A DNA stretch of 38,768 nt, from assembly GCA_031981225.1 (NCBI GenBank), contig DALYUO010000002.1:23670-62437 (forward strand), given 5' to 3'. A program made the position numbers and the translations under genes. The number at the start of each line of letters is the position of its first letter. Within the stretch, counting starts at the first letter, position 1. Below the pieces are notes generated by a model, which searched no databases, was not told the DNA's origin, and saw nothing but the letters and a program-made list of their open reading frames with translations. The DNA comes from Pararcticibacter sp. Its GTDB lineage: Bacteria; Bacteroidota; Bacteroidia; Sphingobacteriales; Sphingobacteriaceae. Below are positions 1-11,000 of this stretch, in pieces.

Positions 1-228
1 GGTGAGGGCATTGTTATTCAATTTTACAAAGCCATAAGTCAGAGCTGCCCCGGAAATGATGAGAGCTCTTAGTGGAAAAGGGTTATCTAACTCCCGAAGA
101 GACACTTTAGCTTTTATGAATGAAGTATCAGGGTGTACAGGTTTAGTGTTTACGCCCTGCCGGGCAAAGGTGCTCGTCGTAAACAATATTGGCAGTAGGT
201 ATAAGAAATGTCGAAGGAGGCTTTTCAT
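1..228 (-). CDS. Partial gene (runs off the left edge); probable PAP2-family phosphatase N-terminus
   Basis: Manual translation from ATG 228: MKSLLRHFLYLLPILFTTSTFARQ...PLRALIISGAALTYGFVKLNNNALT, open to position 1. The signal peptide and LIIxxAxLTYG segment resemble Bacteroidota PAP2 proteins; catalytic motifs would lie outside the window. Confidence 0.5.
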   Translation of the reverse strand, partial: MKSLLRHFLYLLPILFTTSTFARQGVNTKPVHPDTSFIKAKVSLRELDNPFPLRALIISGAALTYGFVKLNNNALT

Positions 229-304
229 TTATGTAATTTCAAATGGTAAAAAGGGAAAGCGGTAAGTGTTGTCATAAAGCATAGACAATAATGCCTTAGT
301 GTTA

Positions 305-769
305 TCATTCGTCGGTGTTTTCAATTTTATGCGCTTTCTGCATTTTGGTCTTCCATCTTAGGTACCATTTGTGATGATGGAGGCTAAGCAGGAAATAGAT
401 GGCAGCAGCAGCAGCAGCCGCGATGATTAGCATGTCCAAGCCAACGGCTACACCGATACCTGCGGTACACCATATGGTTGCGGCCGTTGTCAATCCCTGG
501 GAACTGTTCGCTCTATCATTTTTGTAGATAATGCCCGCACCCAAAAAACCGATGCCTACCAGGATATTGGCGATAATTCGGGAAGCGGCGGCAATATCCT
601 GAAGATGTTCACCGATAGCAGTAAATAGCGTAGCGCCCAAACAAACCGCTGCATAGGTCCTAATTCCAGCGCTGCTTCCATGCTTTTCCCGGTCAAGGCC
701 AATAAAAGCACCTAGAACAAGGGCAACAAATAATTTTAAAACGATTGTAAATTCTTTTTCAACATCCAT
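305..769 (-). CDS. MgtC/SapB family membrane protein
   Basis: LGAFIGLDRE...AGIRTY, GIGFLGAGII and GLTTAATIW family motifs. Confidence 0.93.
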   Translation of the reverse strand: MDVEKEFTIVLKLFVALVLGAFIGLDREKHGSSAGIRTYAAVCLGATLFTAIGEHLQDIAAASRIIANILVGIGFLGAGIIYKNDRANSSQGLTTAATIWCTAGIGVAVGLDMLIIAAAAAAAIYFLLSLHHHKWYLRWKTKMQKAHKIENTDE

Positions 770-772
770 CTA

Positions 773-949
773 TTAACCCTCCATATTTAAAAACCATTCT
801 TGTGCCCTCTTGATGGCCTCGTCTACAATGGACAGCTCTTTGATCTGCCCTTCTTTTTTTAATTCGTTAGCGATCTCAATCGCTTTTTCCTTTACATGGG
901 GTTCAAGCTCACCCATTTCCAATGGAAAGTTTTCCAGTGTCCATTTCAT
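773..949 (-). CDS. Small 58-aa protein (not in the ORF track), resembling the N-terminal domain found with DUF2188 proteins
   Basis: MKWTLENFPLEMGELEPHVKEKAIEIANELKKEGQIKELSIVDEAIKRAQEWFLNMEG. Its ATG overlaps the HD gene stop (ATGA coupling) and its stop lies 3 bp before the MgtC start. Confidence 0.7.
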   Translation of the reverse strand: MKWTLENFPLEMGELEPHVKEKAIEIANELKKEGQIKELSIVDEAIKRAQEWFLNMEG

Positions 950-1566
950 AATGTTTTGTGATTATTTTCGCTTTCGATGCGCTTTGATAATATATCTATA
1001 TTGACCTGTTTGCCCTTTTGTAGTTTGCTTTTGCAATAAGTAGTAAAAAAGCAATGGCGTTTGAGAAATTCAAGGGTAATTTTGTTCCATTCCGCACTGA
1101 CCCCTATGCCTAGTAGTCGCCACTCTTCTTTCAACTGTTCATCTGTGATCAAAAATTCTTCAGTGCCCAGGTTATAAGTATCTGCATCACATAGAATCTC
1201 CTGTAGAAGGGTATTTGGTTGGTGAGGGATTTTGGTAGCCCTTATGCAGCCACTAATGTTTTCGATAATAGACTGCTCGACATCATGTCCAACCAGAAAA
1301 TCTTCCATCATGATAACACTTTGTCGTTCATGGTTTTCCGGAGTTGTAAAAAGCTGTCCCATGTCATGGAACCAGGCAGCTGCAAGAAGAATGGAACGAT
1401 CAGTTTCGGAAAGGTGGTAGTAGGCTGCAATTTCCACGGCCCTTTCTACCACCCGACTGGTATGCTCCAGATTATGGTAGACAAATGCCGGCTTGATGTG
1501 CTCTTTGAAGATAGCAGAGACATAAGCAGGTATCTGTTTGCTCAATAAAATTATATTACTACCCAT
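946..1566 (-). CDS. HD-domain metal-dependent phosphohydrolase
   Basis: YHNLEHT...AAWFHDMG...ILCDAD motifs. Confidence 0.88.
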   Translation of the reverse strand: MGSNIILLSKQIPAYVSAIFKEHIKPAFVYHNLEHTSRVVERAVEIAAYYHLSETDRSILLAAAWFHDMGQLFTTPENHERQSVIMMEDFLVGHDVEQSIIENISGCIRATKIPHQPNTLLQEILCDADTYNLGTEEFLITDEQLKEEWRLLGIGVSAEWNKITLEFLKRHCFFTTYCKSKLQKGKQVNIDILSKRIESENNHKTL

Positions 1567-1579
1567 ACTATTTAATGCA

Positions 1580-1762
1580 TTACCAATGTTTAACTAAAAA
1601 ATGACGTATCCTGAGTATTATGAAAGCAATCAACAGGATGGATGCGATCACAATTAGAACAACCTTAATTGCCTTTTTTAAAAAAGGTGTTGGTGGCAAG
1701 ACTTCTTTAGGTGAATCATTAAATGATTTAGGCCTATATTTTTTATTTCTTTTCTTTTTCAT
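1580..1762 (-). CDS. Small single-pass membrane protein
   Basis: Basic N-terminus and one hydrophobic helix; fits operon spacing. Confidence 0.55.
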   Translation of the reverse strand: MKKKRNKKYRPKSFNDSPKEVLPPTPFLKKAIKVVLIVIASILLIAFIILRIRHFLVKHW

Positions 1763-1783
1763 AATATATATCTATGAAACCGA

Positions 1784-2488
1784 TTATTTCGAGATAAGCC
1801 CGGCAATAATATTGATGCTAAGGGCTACGATGATGGTATTAAATGCGAAGGCCAAGACCCCGTGCATCCAGGCCAGCCTCCTTATCCTTTTGGAGGTAAT
1901 CTGTACATCGGAAACTTGGAAGGTCATGCCGATCACAAAAGAAAAGTAGGTAAAGTCTAAATAGTCAGGTTCATCTTCGTTTGGGAATTCCAGACCTTCA
2001 GGCTTTATGTTCTTTCCATCATCATCATTATGTTCCATATTGCAGTAATACAAATGGGCATAGCGCAGCGTAAAAATGGTATGCAGTAACCACCACGAGC
2101 CTGCCACACAGGCAAGCGGGACTAAAACCATTGAAAATCCCTCATCTGGTCTTCCAGAAGTTTTTTTCAGTAGCAATAGAACCGCAAAAAGGCTGACGAA
2201 AGTAGTTATGATAACAAAGAAAAAAATAACTGTACGACTGGAATCCTGTGCATGAGCCTCATGCTTTACTTCCGCGGGATGAGAACTTAAAATGGTGATC
2301 CAGCTTAGTACCAGCGTACTGAACACATATACCAGCCACACCAGCATGTAGTGAATAGGGTCGGTAAATTTTCCTGTTGTTGCCACAAAAAAAACTGCTG
2401 CTATTCCTACCGACACATACAACTTATGGTGCGCATCGATTTGATTGATGTAATCGGCTATTCTTTTTAAACGGCTTGCTTTTGCCAT
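1784..2488 (-). CDS. DUF1345 family membrane protein
   Basis: YAHLYY...GLEFP...PDYLDFTYFSFVIGMTFQVSD...HGVLAFAFNT motifs. Start moved to ATG 2488 (MAKASR) to avoid overlap with the ATPase. Confidence 0.88.
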   Translation of the reverse strand: MAKASRLKRIADYINQIDAHHKLYVSVGIAAVFFVATTGKFTDPIHYMLVWLVYVFSTLVLSWITILSSHPAEVKHEAHAQDSSRTVIFFFVIITTFVSLFAVLLLLKKTSGRPDEGFSMVLVPLACVAGSWWLLHTIFTLRYAHLYYCNMEHNDDDGKNIKPEGLEFPNEDEPDYLDFTYFSFVIGMTFQVSDVQITSKRIRRLAWMHGVLAFAFNTIIVALSINIIAGLISK

Positions 2489-2525
2489 AATAATATTTCT
2501 TAGTCTTAACCAGTTGACTCCCTGT

Positions 2526-2559
2526 TGGCCACCGTTAACCGCACCGAAAACGGTGGCCA
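2526..2559. other. Intergenic hairpin with an 11-bp perfect stem; possible mRNA stability or processing element
   Basis: TGGCCACCGTT (2526-2536) / AACGGTGGCCA (2549-2559); no U-tract. Confidence 0.5.
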
Positions 2560-2582
2560 GCCACAAGGCCCGGGGAATATCA

Positions 2583-4685
2583 TCAGTCTTTAACAGTTTT
2601 ATTTTGTTTGGGACTATTGGTTTTATTTTTGTTTTTATAGGCAAGCAGCCGAAGCGCATTACCTACAACAACCAGTGTTGATCCTTCATGGGCCATTACC
2701 GCAGGTCCAATTGAAGTTACCCCCAGGATGGTAAGCGGAATCAGAACCGCCACTACGCCAAGGCTTATCCATAAGTTTTGCTTGATGATGCTCTTTGCCT
2801 TACGGCTCAGTCCAATAGCAAAGGGTAAACTTTCCAACTTATCCCCCATAAGTGCAATGTCAGCCGTCTCCAATGCAACGTCAGATCCTGCAGCACCCAT
2901 GGCAATACCTACAGTACTCTTTGCCATTGCAGGCGCATCATTTACACCATCTCCAACCATAGCTACCATTTTTTCTGATTTATCCAGTTTTTGGACAGCT
3001 TTGACCTTATCCTCAGGCATCAGGTTGCCCATGGCATCAGTAATGCCAATCTGCTTGGCGACCGCTTCGGCAACTTGTTGGTTGTCGCCGGTGAGCATGA
3101 TCATCTTCTTTATACCCAATGCAGACAGCTCATTGAGTACATTTTTTGCTTCTTTACGCGGTACGTCCATTAAGGAGAGTATGCCGATGAAATCTTTATC
3201 TTGCTTGACCAGCATGGAAGTATGACCTCCTTTTTCAAGATCTTCTACCTGTTTGATGATTTCAGCAGACACCTTGTCTTTTTCAAACAATGCCTTATTC
3301 CCGATCAGGATTTTTTTGCCGTCGACCTCTGCTTGCACGCCCCTTCCGGTAATGCCTTTTACCTTACTGGCCTCCGGCAAAGATTGTTTTTTGAGTTTTT
3401 CCAGGCCTCCGTTAACAATCGCTTCCGCAAGTGGATGGTCGCTCAGTTTTTCTACGGCTATTGCAACCAGCAGCAAAGCTTCCTCAGAGGTTCCATTTAG
3501 CGGGATCACGTTGGTCAGTTGAGGTTTACCTTCTGTAAGGGTACCAGTCTTATCAAAAGCAATTGCATTTAACGAACCCAAGTCTTCCAAGGGTCTTCCT
3601 CCTTTGATCAGCACACCCCCACGAGCCGCTCTGGCTACACCGCTCAATACTGCACTTGGTGTAGAAATGGCGAGTGCGCACGGGCTGGCAGCAACTAATA
3701 CAGCCATGGCCCTATAAAAGCTCTTGCTGAATGGCTCATCAATTACCAAAAAAGCAAAACACAGTACTGTCACCAAAATCAATACGAAGGGCACAAAATA
3801 CCGCTCGAATTTGTCTGTAAAAAGCTGTGTTGGGGATTTTTGTTTTTCCGCCTCATTGACCATTTTTACCAGGCGGGAAATAGTTGAATCTTTGGCTTCC
3901 TTGATTACCTTGACCTCCAGGGCAGCGGCCCCGTTAATGGTACCTGCAAATACACGGTATTCGGGTTTGATATTTTTTTCTTGACTGTAATCCTTCTGTA
4001 GATCTGGTACAGGCGATTTATCTACCGGAACACTTTCCCCGGTGATCGGCGCCTGGTTAACGCTACCCTCTCCCTTGATCACCACACCATCTGCTGGTAT
4101 TTTGCTATTAGGTTTAATAACAATGACGTCTCCCAGTACTAGTTCCTCAATACGGATTTCCTGTTGGCTGCCGTCCCTGATTACCAGTGCGGTCGGTGGT
4201 GCCAGGCTGGTCAATGCCTCAATGGATTTTCGTGCTTTGCTCATGGCATAATGTTCTAGGGCATGGCCCAGGCTGAACAGGAACAGCAGCAACGCGCCTT
4301 CCATCCAGGACCCTAATATTGCAGCACCGATGGCCGCTACCAGCATCAGGAAATCAATTTCAAACCCGCCTTTGAGTATAGTTTGAACAGCCTCTTTAGC
4401 AGTAAAGAAACCGCCAAAGAAATAAGCGATGATGTAAAGTGTCAGGCTTACCCATTCAGGCGCTACCTTGAAATGGGACAACCCAAAGCCAGCACCGAGG
4501 GCAGCCCCGCAGATCAATGAAAATATAAGTTCCGTATTTTTTCCGAATATACCACCGTGTTCATGACTTTCATCCTCTTGGTGCGCATCTTTTTTGCCTA
4601 TCGCAGCATCATCTTGCTTATTATGGGAGAGTTTTTTTTCATCCTTTACTGATTTAACATGGAGTTCATTTTTTTTTGTTTTCAT
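2583..4685 (-). CDS. cadA: Heavy-metal translocating P-type ATPase, P1B-4 type (Zn/Co/Cd)
   Basis: TGES, SPC intramembrane motif, DKTGT phosphorylation site, HP, GDGVNDAP and HEGST; His-containing N-terminus. Confidence 0.93.
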   Translation of the reverse strand: MKTKKNELHVKSVKDEKKLSHNKQDDAAIGKKDAHQEDESHEHGGIFGKNTELIFSLICGAALGAGFGLSHFKVAPEWVSLTLYIIAYFFGGFFTAKEAVQTILKGGFEIDFLMLVAAIGAAILGSWMEGALLLFLFSLGHALEHYAMSKARKSIEALTSLAPPTALVIRDGSQQEIRIEELVLGDVIVIKPNSKIPADGVVIKGEGSVNQAPITGESVPVDKSPVPDLQKDYSQEKNIKPEYRVFAGTINGAAALEVKVIKEAKDSTISRLVKMVNEAEKQKSPTQLFTDKFERYFVPFVLILVTVLCFAFLVIDEPFSKSFYRAMAVLVAASPCALAISTPSAVLSGVARAARGGVLIKGGRPLEDLGSLNAIAFDKTGTLTEGKPQLTNVIPLNGTSEEALLLVAIAVEKLSDHPLAEAIVNGGLEKLKKQSLPEASKVKGITGRGVQAEVDGKKILIGNKALFEKDKVSAEIIKQVEDLEKGGHTSMLVKQDKDFIGILSLMDVPRKEAKNVLNELSALGIKKMIMLTGDNQQVAEAVAKQIGITDAMGNLMPEDKVKAVQKLDKSEKMVAMVGDGVNDAPAMAKSTVGIAMGAAGSDVALETADIALMGDKLESLPFAIGLSRKAKSIIKQNLWISLGVVAVLIPLTILGVTSIGPAVMAHEGSTLVVVGNALRLLAYKNKNKTNSPKQNKTVKD

Positions 4686-4724
4686 GGTTATTGGATTAAG
4701 TGTATTATAAAATGAAACTGTTAT

Positions 4725-6683
4725 CTATTTTTTTAGCCCACCCTTGCTATATAGATAATAAGCTGTCTGATAAGAAGCTATCGCTTCGTTGATGAGCTGA
4801 TCGGACACCTTCTCAGGCCGTTGCTCATTGCCTGACCTGTTGTAAAGAAAAGATTCGACCTTTCTGCGCGGACTTAAAATGACCAGGCTGTCATTTCTCA
4901 TATAACCGAGCTTCTGGTAGGTTGCAATCAGTGCACGGGGCTTATAGGCACTATCCAAAACGTTAATCCCATAATTATTGTTCCTGTAGGACCAGTTCAA
5001 TACTGAAAATAAAGTGGGATAGAGGTCAATCTGTGAGCAGACCTTTTCCACACGGAAAGGGGCAGCACCAGGAAGATTATAGATCATCGCAGGAATATGA
5101 TATTTAGCTACATCAATTTCATTTTTCCCGGCACTACTGGCACAGTGGTCCGATACTATGATAAATATGGTATTAGAAAACCACGGTTTTGTCCTTGCCT
5201 TTTTCAAAAATTGACCGATAGCATAGTCTGTATACTTTACGGCACCATCCCGGTTCAAGCCTGATGGTATATCAATTTTACCATTGGGATAGGTAAAGGG
5301 ACGGTGGTTGGATGTGGTCATTATAAAGTTGTAAAAGGGTTGCTTTGCAGAGAATTTGGCATCGGCATCCTTTAGCACAGCGCTGTATATATCCTCATCG
5401 CATATGCCCCAAGCATTTTCGAAGTTTACCTCGCTATCCGGTATCCTACGTCTATCAGTTTGGTAATCGTCTCCAATGGCCAATTTTCTGCCCCTGTCCA
5501 CAAGATCGAATCCGTTATTTCCAAAATACTGGTTCATGTTATCAAAGTAACCATCGCCCCCGTAAAAGAACGTCGAACGATATCCTTTACTTTCGAAAAT
5601 GCTACCAATGGTGCTGAGCTGCTTATTGTTTCTCCGACGTACGATACTGTTTCCCGGAGTTGGAGGTACAGCAAGTGACAATGCTTCCATGCCGCGTACA
5701 GTTCTTGTACCGGTCGCATACATGTTCGTAAAAAACAGGCTCTGTTTTGCCAGCGAATCCAAAACAGGCGTTATTCGCTGCTCATTGCCGAATTCTTTCA
5801 TAAAATCTGCACTAAAGCTTTCCAAAACGATCATTACCACATTAGGCGTTCTCTGCTGGCCTTCCATTGCCGAAACATTTTTCCGTATGGACCGCGAGGG
5901 TCCTGTATAAGCGGAGCCTGGTGTTTTTAATAGTCGCCGGGTAATTTCAAAAGCCCGGTCATCGGGTAAAAGGGAATAGAACTGCTGGTAATTGAGCTCA
6001 TTGTTCTTGAAAGCCGAAAAAAAGGAATAAACGCCCGCTTTGGATAGTTCATTTTGGTACCTGTTTTCACTTTTTTCTGCCCAGCTGTTGTCGATTGCCA
6101 TAGCATAAATCGCAATTAGCAACCATATGCTTAGCGAATAGGTTAACCTGGATTTAAACCGCGTGTTAGATCCGAAGCTATTTCTAAAGGCCCCGCTACT
6201 TTTGATGACCAGCAAAATGATAATCGTTATAGTAACAACACCTGCAATCAGGTAAGGCAAAGGATAAGACTCGTTGATGTTGTTGATCACTTCATATGTG
6301 TAGACCAGATAATCGACCGCTATGAAATTGAAACGGCTTTCAAACTCTCCCCAAAAAGTAAATTCTGCGAAAAACGAAAATACCGATACCAGTATCATCA
6401 GGAAAACAATCACATAATTAACTGTTATATTAATAGATGATTTCACAAATTTCTGGGGTACAAGTAGCAGGTACAATGAGTATAGAAAGCTGAAGTACAA
6501 TACTACCCCAAAATCGAAAACAGATCCCTTTAACAGTATTGTGATACCACTTGAAAATATAAGATCAGTCTCCTGGAAAGAAAGGATAGTAAATACGATC
6601 CGCATTAACAGCGATGCAATTATAAAAAATAAAGCAAATGCGTACAGAACCGCATACCGGCTTTTAAATGGGTTGAAAGTCAT
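4725..6683 (-). CDS. LTA synthase family / sulfatase-like membrane protein
   Basis: N-terminal TM helices, then NVVMIVLES, TRT, TTSNHRPF and SDH motifs. Confidence 0.9.
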   Translation of the reverse strand: MTFNPFKSRYAVLYAFALFFIIASLLMRIVFTILSFQETDLIFSSGITILLKGSVFDFGVVLYFSFLYSLYLLLVPQKFVKSSINITVNYVIVFLMILVSVFSFFAEFTFWGEFESRFNFIAVDYLVYTYEVINNINESYPLPYLIAGVVTITIIILLVIKSSGAFRNSFGSNTRFKSRLTYSLSIWLLIAIYAMAIDNSWAEKSENRYQNELSKAGVYSFFSAFKNNELNYQQFYSLLPDDRAFEITRRLLKTPGSAYTGPSRSIRKNVSAMEGQQRTPNVVMIVLESFSADFMKEFGNEQRITPVLDSLAKQSLFFTNMYATGTRTVRGMEALSLAVPPTPGNSIVRRRNNKQLSTIGSIFESKGYRSTFFYGGDGYFDNMNQYFGNNGFDLVDRGRKLAIGDDYQTDRRRIPDSEVNFENAWGICDEDIYSAVLKDADAKFSAKQPFYNFIMTTSNHRPFTYPNGKIDIPSGLNRDGAVKYTDYAIGQFLKKARTKPWFSNTIFIIVSDHCASSAGKNEIDVAKYHIPAMIYNLPGAAPFRVEKVCSQIDLYPTLFSVLNWSYRNNNYGINVLDSAYKPRALIATYQKLGYMRNDSLVILSPRRKVESFLYNRSGNEQRPEKVSDQLINEAIASYQTAYYLYSKGGLKK

Positions 6684-6775
6684 CAGCCATTATTTTGATT
6701 ATGATACAAAGGAATTATGTCCGCTTATGCCACGAACACAATTCCATCCTGCTTATTTAAACTATATGGCTTTCT

Positions 6776-8059
6776 TTAATGCCCTTCATGTTCTTCGCTA
6801 TTTTTAAGTTTTGATAGCAAATCATAAGCTCCCGTTAGTACCACTTTACCTTTCAGGTCCATTCCTTTGGGCAATTCCACCTGGATGTACCCGCCATCGC
6901 TGGTGCCTGTAATTACTTCCATGATCTCAAAATGAAAGGACTCACCTTCAGCTTCCTTTTCATTTTCTGATTCCTTTGCATCGTGGGCATGTCCGGCTTC
7001 TTCTGTTGCACCGTCTTTGTGTCCATCCTCTTTTCCGGCTGCCTTGGCGATAAATATGTATTTCTTGTTCTGAAAATCTACCACTGCGCCTAATGGTAGA
7101 GCCATTGCCTGGGTAGTGCCTGCTTCTATATAGGCTTTTAGGTAAGTGCCTGGAATAAAGCTTTTGCTTCCCTTAGCGATCGCATGTACTGTTATGGTTT
7201 TGTCTGATGAAATTTCTTTACCCACCAACTGGACAACTGCGCGCTGCTGAACGGTATCGGGGTCGTTGGCCAGTACGAATCTTACCCCCTGACCAGGTTT
7301 TACCTTATCTACATCTTTTTCAAATACCTTTAACTCAACGTGCAGGTTGGAATTGTCAACAATTTCAAACATGATATCATTCGGGTTAACGAATTTGCCG
7401 TTGTTCACATTCACCTTGGTCACATAGCCACTGATGGGTGCATAGATATTGATCTCGCTCCTGATGTTTGTAGCAGTTAAGCTACCTGCACTGATATTGA
7501 TCAGACGTAGACGCTGTTTCAATGCATTTTCCCTGGCGTGGATGATCTGATACTGGGATTTCGCCTGTTGAAGAGTTTTTTGTGAATTAACGTTCTGACT
7601 GGCCAATGTCTGCTGACGTTTGTATTCAGAATCTGCCAGTTCTAGCTGGCTTTTACTTTCCAGGTAATCTTGCTGGAGTTGTACATATTCCTGGTTTTGC
7701 AGCACTGCGACCACTTGACCTTTGTTTACATTACTACCTGGCAACAGGGGCGTAGATTTTACAATGCCTCCCATTTGAGTGGTCACACTTACTAAATTCT
7801 GGGGCGGAACATCTATAAAGCCGTTAACTTTCAATAGGCCGCTCAAGGATTTCATTTCCGGTGAGCCTAAAGTGACACCAATCGCTTTGTATTGTGAAGC
7901 AGTGATTTCTACCGAATTTTCACTTTCCTCATGGGCTTCTTCTGCTGGGGCAGCTTTTGCTGTTTCTGCTTCTTTTTTATCTCCACCGCAGGCCGTTATA
8001 AAAATGGCCATTAATACTATTGTGGTGGTTTTAACTATATTTTGAATTGTCTTTTTCAT
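6776..8059 (-). CDS. czcB: RND efflux periplasmic adaptor (CzcB/CusB-like lipoprotein)
   Basis: Lipobox ITAC, membrane-fusion hairpin and APISGYV motif, His-rich loops; adjacent to CzcA. Confidence 0.9.
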   Translation of the reverse strand: MKKTIQNIVKTTTIVLMAIFITACGGDKKEAETAKAAPAEEAHEESENSVEITASQYKAIGVTLGSPEMKSLSGLLKVNGFIDVPPQNLVSVTTQMGGIVKSTPLLPGSNVNKGQVVAVLQNQEYVQLQQDYLESKSQLELADSEYKRQQTLASQNVNSQKTLQQAKSQYQIIHARENALKQRLRLINISAGSLTATNIRSEINIYAPISGYVTKVNVNNGKFVNPNDIMFEIVDNSNLHVELKVFEKDVDKVKPGQGVRFVLANDPDTVQQRAVVQLVGKEISSDKTITVHAIAKGSKSFIPGTYLKAYIEAGTTQAMALPLGAVVDFQNKKYIFIAKAAGKEDGHKDGATEEAGHAHDAKESENEKEAEGESFHFEIMEVITGTSDGGYIQVELPKGMDLKGKVVLTGAYDLLSKLKNSEEHEGH

Positions 8060-8070
8060 TTCTCTGTTAA

Positions 8071-11000
8071 TTATAATCCCATTAGGTATTGAAGTGTATA
8101 AACTGATTGGTTGTACTCGTTGACGGCCTGCAGGTAATTAAAGCGGATTTCCGAATAAGTACGTAAAGCCTGCAGATATTCAACATAGCCAATTTCCCCG
8201 TTCTGAAAAGCGATCTGCGATTGCTTTAGGATCAGATTTACATTGGGCAGGGCACTTTTTTTATAGTATTCAATGCTTCTTGCATTTTTCTGAAGATCCT
8301 GATAAGCTTGTTTGTACTTACCCTGAAGATTGGTTTCAAATAAGCCAAACTGGCTTTCGGCAACTTGCTTCTCTATCTTTGCCGCCTTTATCCGTGAGGA
8401 AAATGGCTTGAAGAAGATTGGAAGGGCAATGCCTGCCTGTACGCCCTGGAATCTTTTGCTTCCGCTGAAAAATTGGTCGCTGCCGTTTACATTTTGTGTA
8501 CCTATAATGGATTGGTTAAAGTAACCAACTGTAAAATCAGGTCCTGAACGGGCCTTTTCTAAGGCAAGCGCTTTGTCTGCAATCACAATCTGCTGCCGCT
8601 GTAAAGCAAGCAGCGGGTTTGCGGAAACGGCACTATCAAGGGTAGGTATGTTAAACTCCTCCTGTCCAAACTGATCTTTAGAAACTTCAATCGCCTGCCG
8701 GGTGTTGATCAACCGCTGTAATTCTGCTGTATACGCGAGAATATCAGACTTGTTCTTGCTCATCTGGTTCAACACCTCATTGTATTGGGTTTCTGCTGTC
8801 GTGCTTTCCAATAGATTGGTTTCACCAGCCTGATATCTTAAGCTGGCTGCTTTTACAAAGTTGCTATATACCGAATCCTGGCTTTTATACAATTCCTGCA
8901 ATGCCACGTAATAAGCGAGCTGAGTATAAGTGCTTTTAACCTGGTAACTCAGTTCCTTTTGGGTAACAGACAAATTGATCTCTGCACTTTTAATCCTTGC
9001 ATCATAAAGACCCCGCTGGTTTCTGAACAATCCCGGGTTAGGGATGCTCTGGGAAATACTGAAATTATTGTCTCTCCTGATGCTATTGAACTGGCCATAC
9101 TGAACGTCGACATTTGTTTTACCCAAATCCGTTGAACTTCCTCTCAGGGCTTGTTGCTGGCCAATTTGTAAACCAGATGTTTTTATCGCCTGGTTATTCA
9201 TAACTGCGGTCTCGATCGCCTGGCTCATGGTGATGGGAATCCCGGGTGCCTGCGCTTTGGCTGCAGGACTGAAAAACAACAGACCAGATATGATTATTGC
9301 GATAGCAACGGCTGGAACAGACTTGGTTTTGCCTTTCCACTTTTCAAAATAAGTATAAAGCACGGGTAGTACGATTAAGGTTAAAATAGTTGAGGTAAGC
9401 AGACCGCCGATTACAACGGTTGCAAGCGGCTTCTGAACTTCTGCACCCGCGGCCGTAGAAATCGCCATAGGTAAAAAACCGAGAGACGCTACTGTCGCAG
9501 TCATCAGAACAGGCCTTAGCCTCAGTTCAGTTCCTTTCAATACAATTTCATTCAAAGTGTACCTACCCAATTTCTTGAGCCTGTTAAACTCGGTGATCAG
9601 TACGATTCCATTAAGTACAGCAACACCGAAAAGTGCAATAAATCCTACACCCGCAGAAATACTGAAAGGCATGCCACGCAGCAGCAAGGCAAAAATACCA
9701 CCGATTGCTGCCATTGGAATAGCAGAGAAAATCAGCAGCGATTGTTTAACCGAGCCAAAAGAGAAATATAACAATAACAAGATGAGTAGCAGCGCTACCG
9801 GTACTGCCACAGAAAGTCTTTTTGTTGCTTCCCTTAGGTTCTCGAACTGACCGCCATAGGTGATGTAATAACCAGCAGGCAACTTGATCTGCTGTTCTAT
9901 TTTGCCTTGGATTTCTTCCACCACACTGGCAATATCCCTTCCGCGTACATTCAGGCCAACAATAATGCGTCGCTTGGTATCTTCGCGCTGGATCTGGTTG
10001 GGGCCGATCTTAAACTCTACATCAGCAAGCTGCTCCAGTGGTACCTGATTGCCATTTGGCGCAGTAACAAATACATTCTTAACGTCATCAATACCCTGAC
10101 GGTTTTCCTGAGACAGGCGAACTACCATGTCGTAACGCTGTTCTCCTTCATAGACAAGTCCCGCTGATTGCCCGGCAAATGCTGCATTTAAAGCCTGGTT
10201 CACAGTCTCTACGCTTAATCCGTATTGTGCAATTCGATCTCTGTTTATTTTAACTACGATTTGAGGAAGGCCTTCAGCTTGTTCTAGGTATAAGTCTTTG
10301 GCACCCTCAACAGAAGAGACGATACCACCTATTTTCTTGGAAAAGTCAGTGAGGGTAGTTAGGTCATCTCCGAATATTTTAATCCCTATATCCTGTCTAA
10401 CGCCCGAGATCAGCTCGTTGGAACGTAACTGAATGGGCTGAGAAAAACCAAAACTTACACCGGCGACTTCCTTCAGCGCATTACTCATCTTTTCGGTAAG
10501 CTCTTCACGTGTCTCAGCGCTGGTCCAATCTTTTTTGTCCTTTAAGATGATGGTCAAATCGCAGGCTTCCATTGGCATTGGATCTGTTGGGATTTCTGCT
10601 GCCCCGATCTTACCAACTACTTCCTTAACCTCTGGGAATTTCTTCACCAGAATAGCCGACGCCTGATTTACCTTGTCAATTGTCTGGGAAAGCGAACTTC
10701 CGGTTAGTAACCTGGTCTCCACTGCAAAATCTCCTTCTTCAAGGTTGGGAATGAACTCTCCACCCATACGGCTGAAGACAAACAAGCTCACTGCTAATAA
10801 AGCGACAGAGGTGAAGGTTACGGCTTTCCTCCAATTCAGAGCTCCTTTGATCATCGGATAGTAGTACTTATGAAAGAAGTCCATCATACGATCAGAGAAA
10901 TTACGCTTATGCGTTGGGTTTTTGCTCAAAAACAAAGCTGAAACCATAGGCACGTAGGTCATAGAAAGTAAAAAAGCACCGAGGATGGCAAAGGAAACGG

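Noticed and set aside
946..1566. HD protein as part of a Pycsar-type defence effector
   Set aside because: It lacks the C-terminal TM effector domain, no cyclase is nearby, and it lies within the metal cargo operon.
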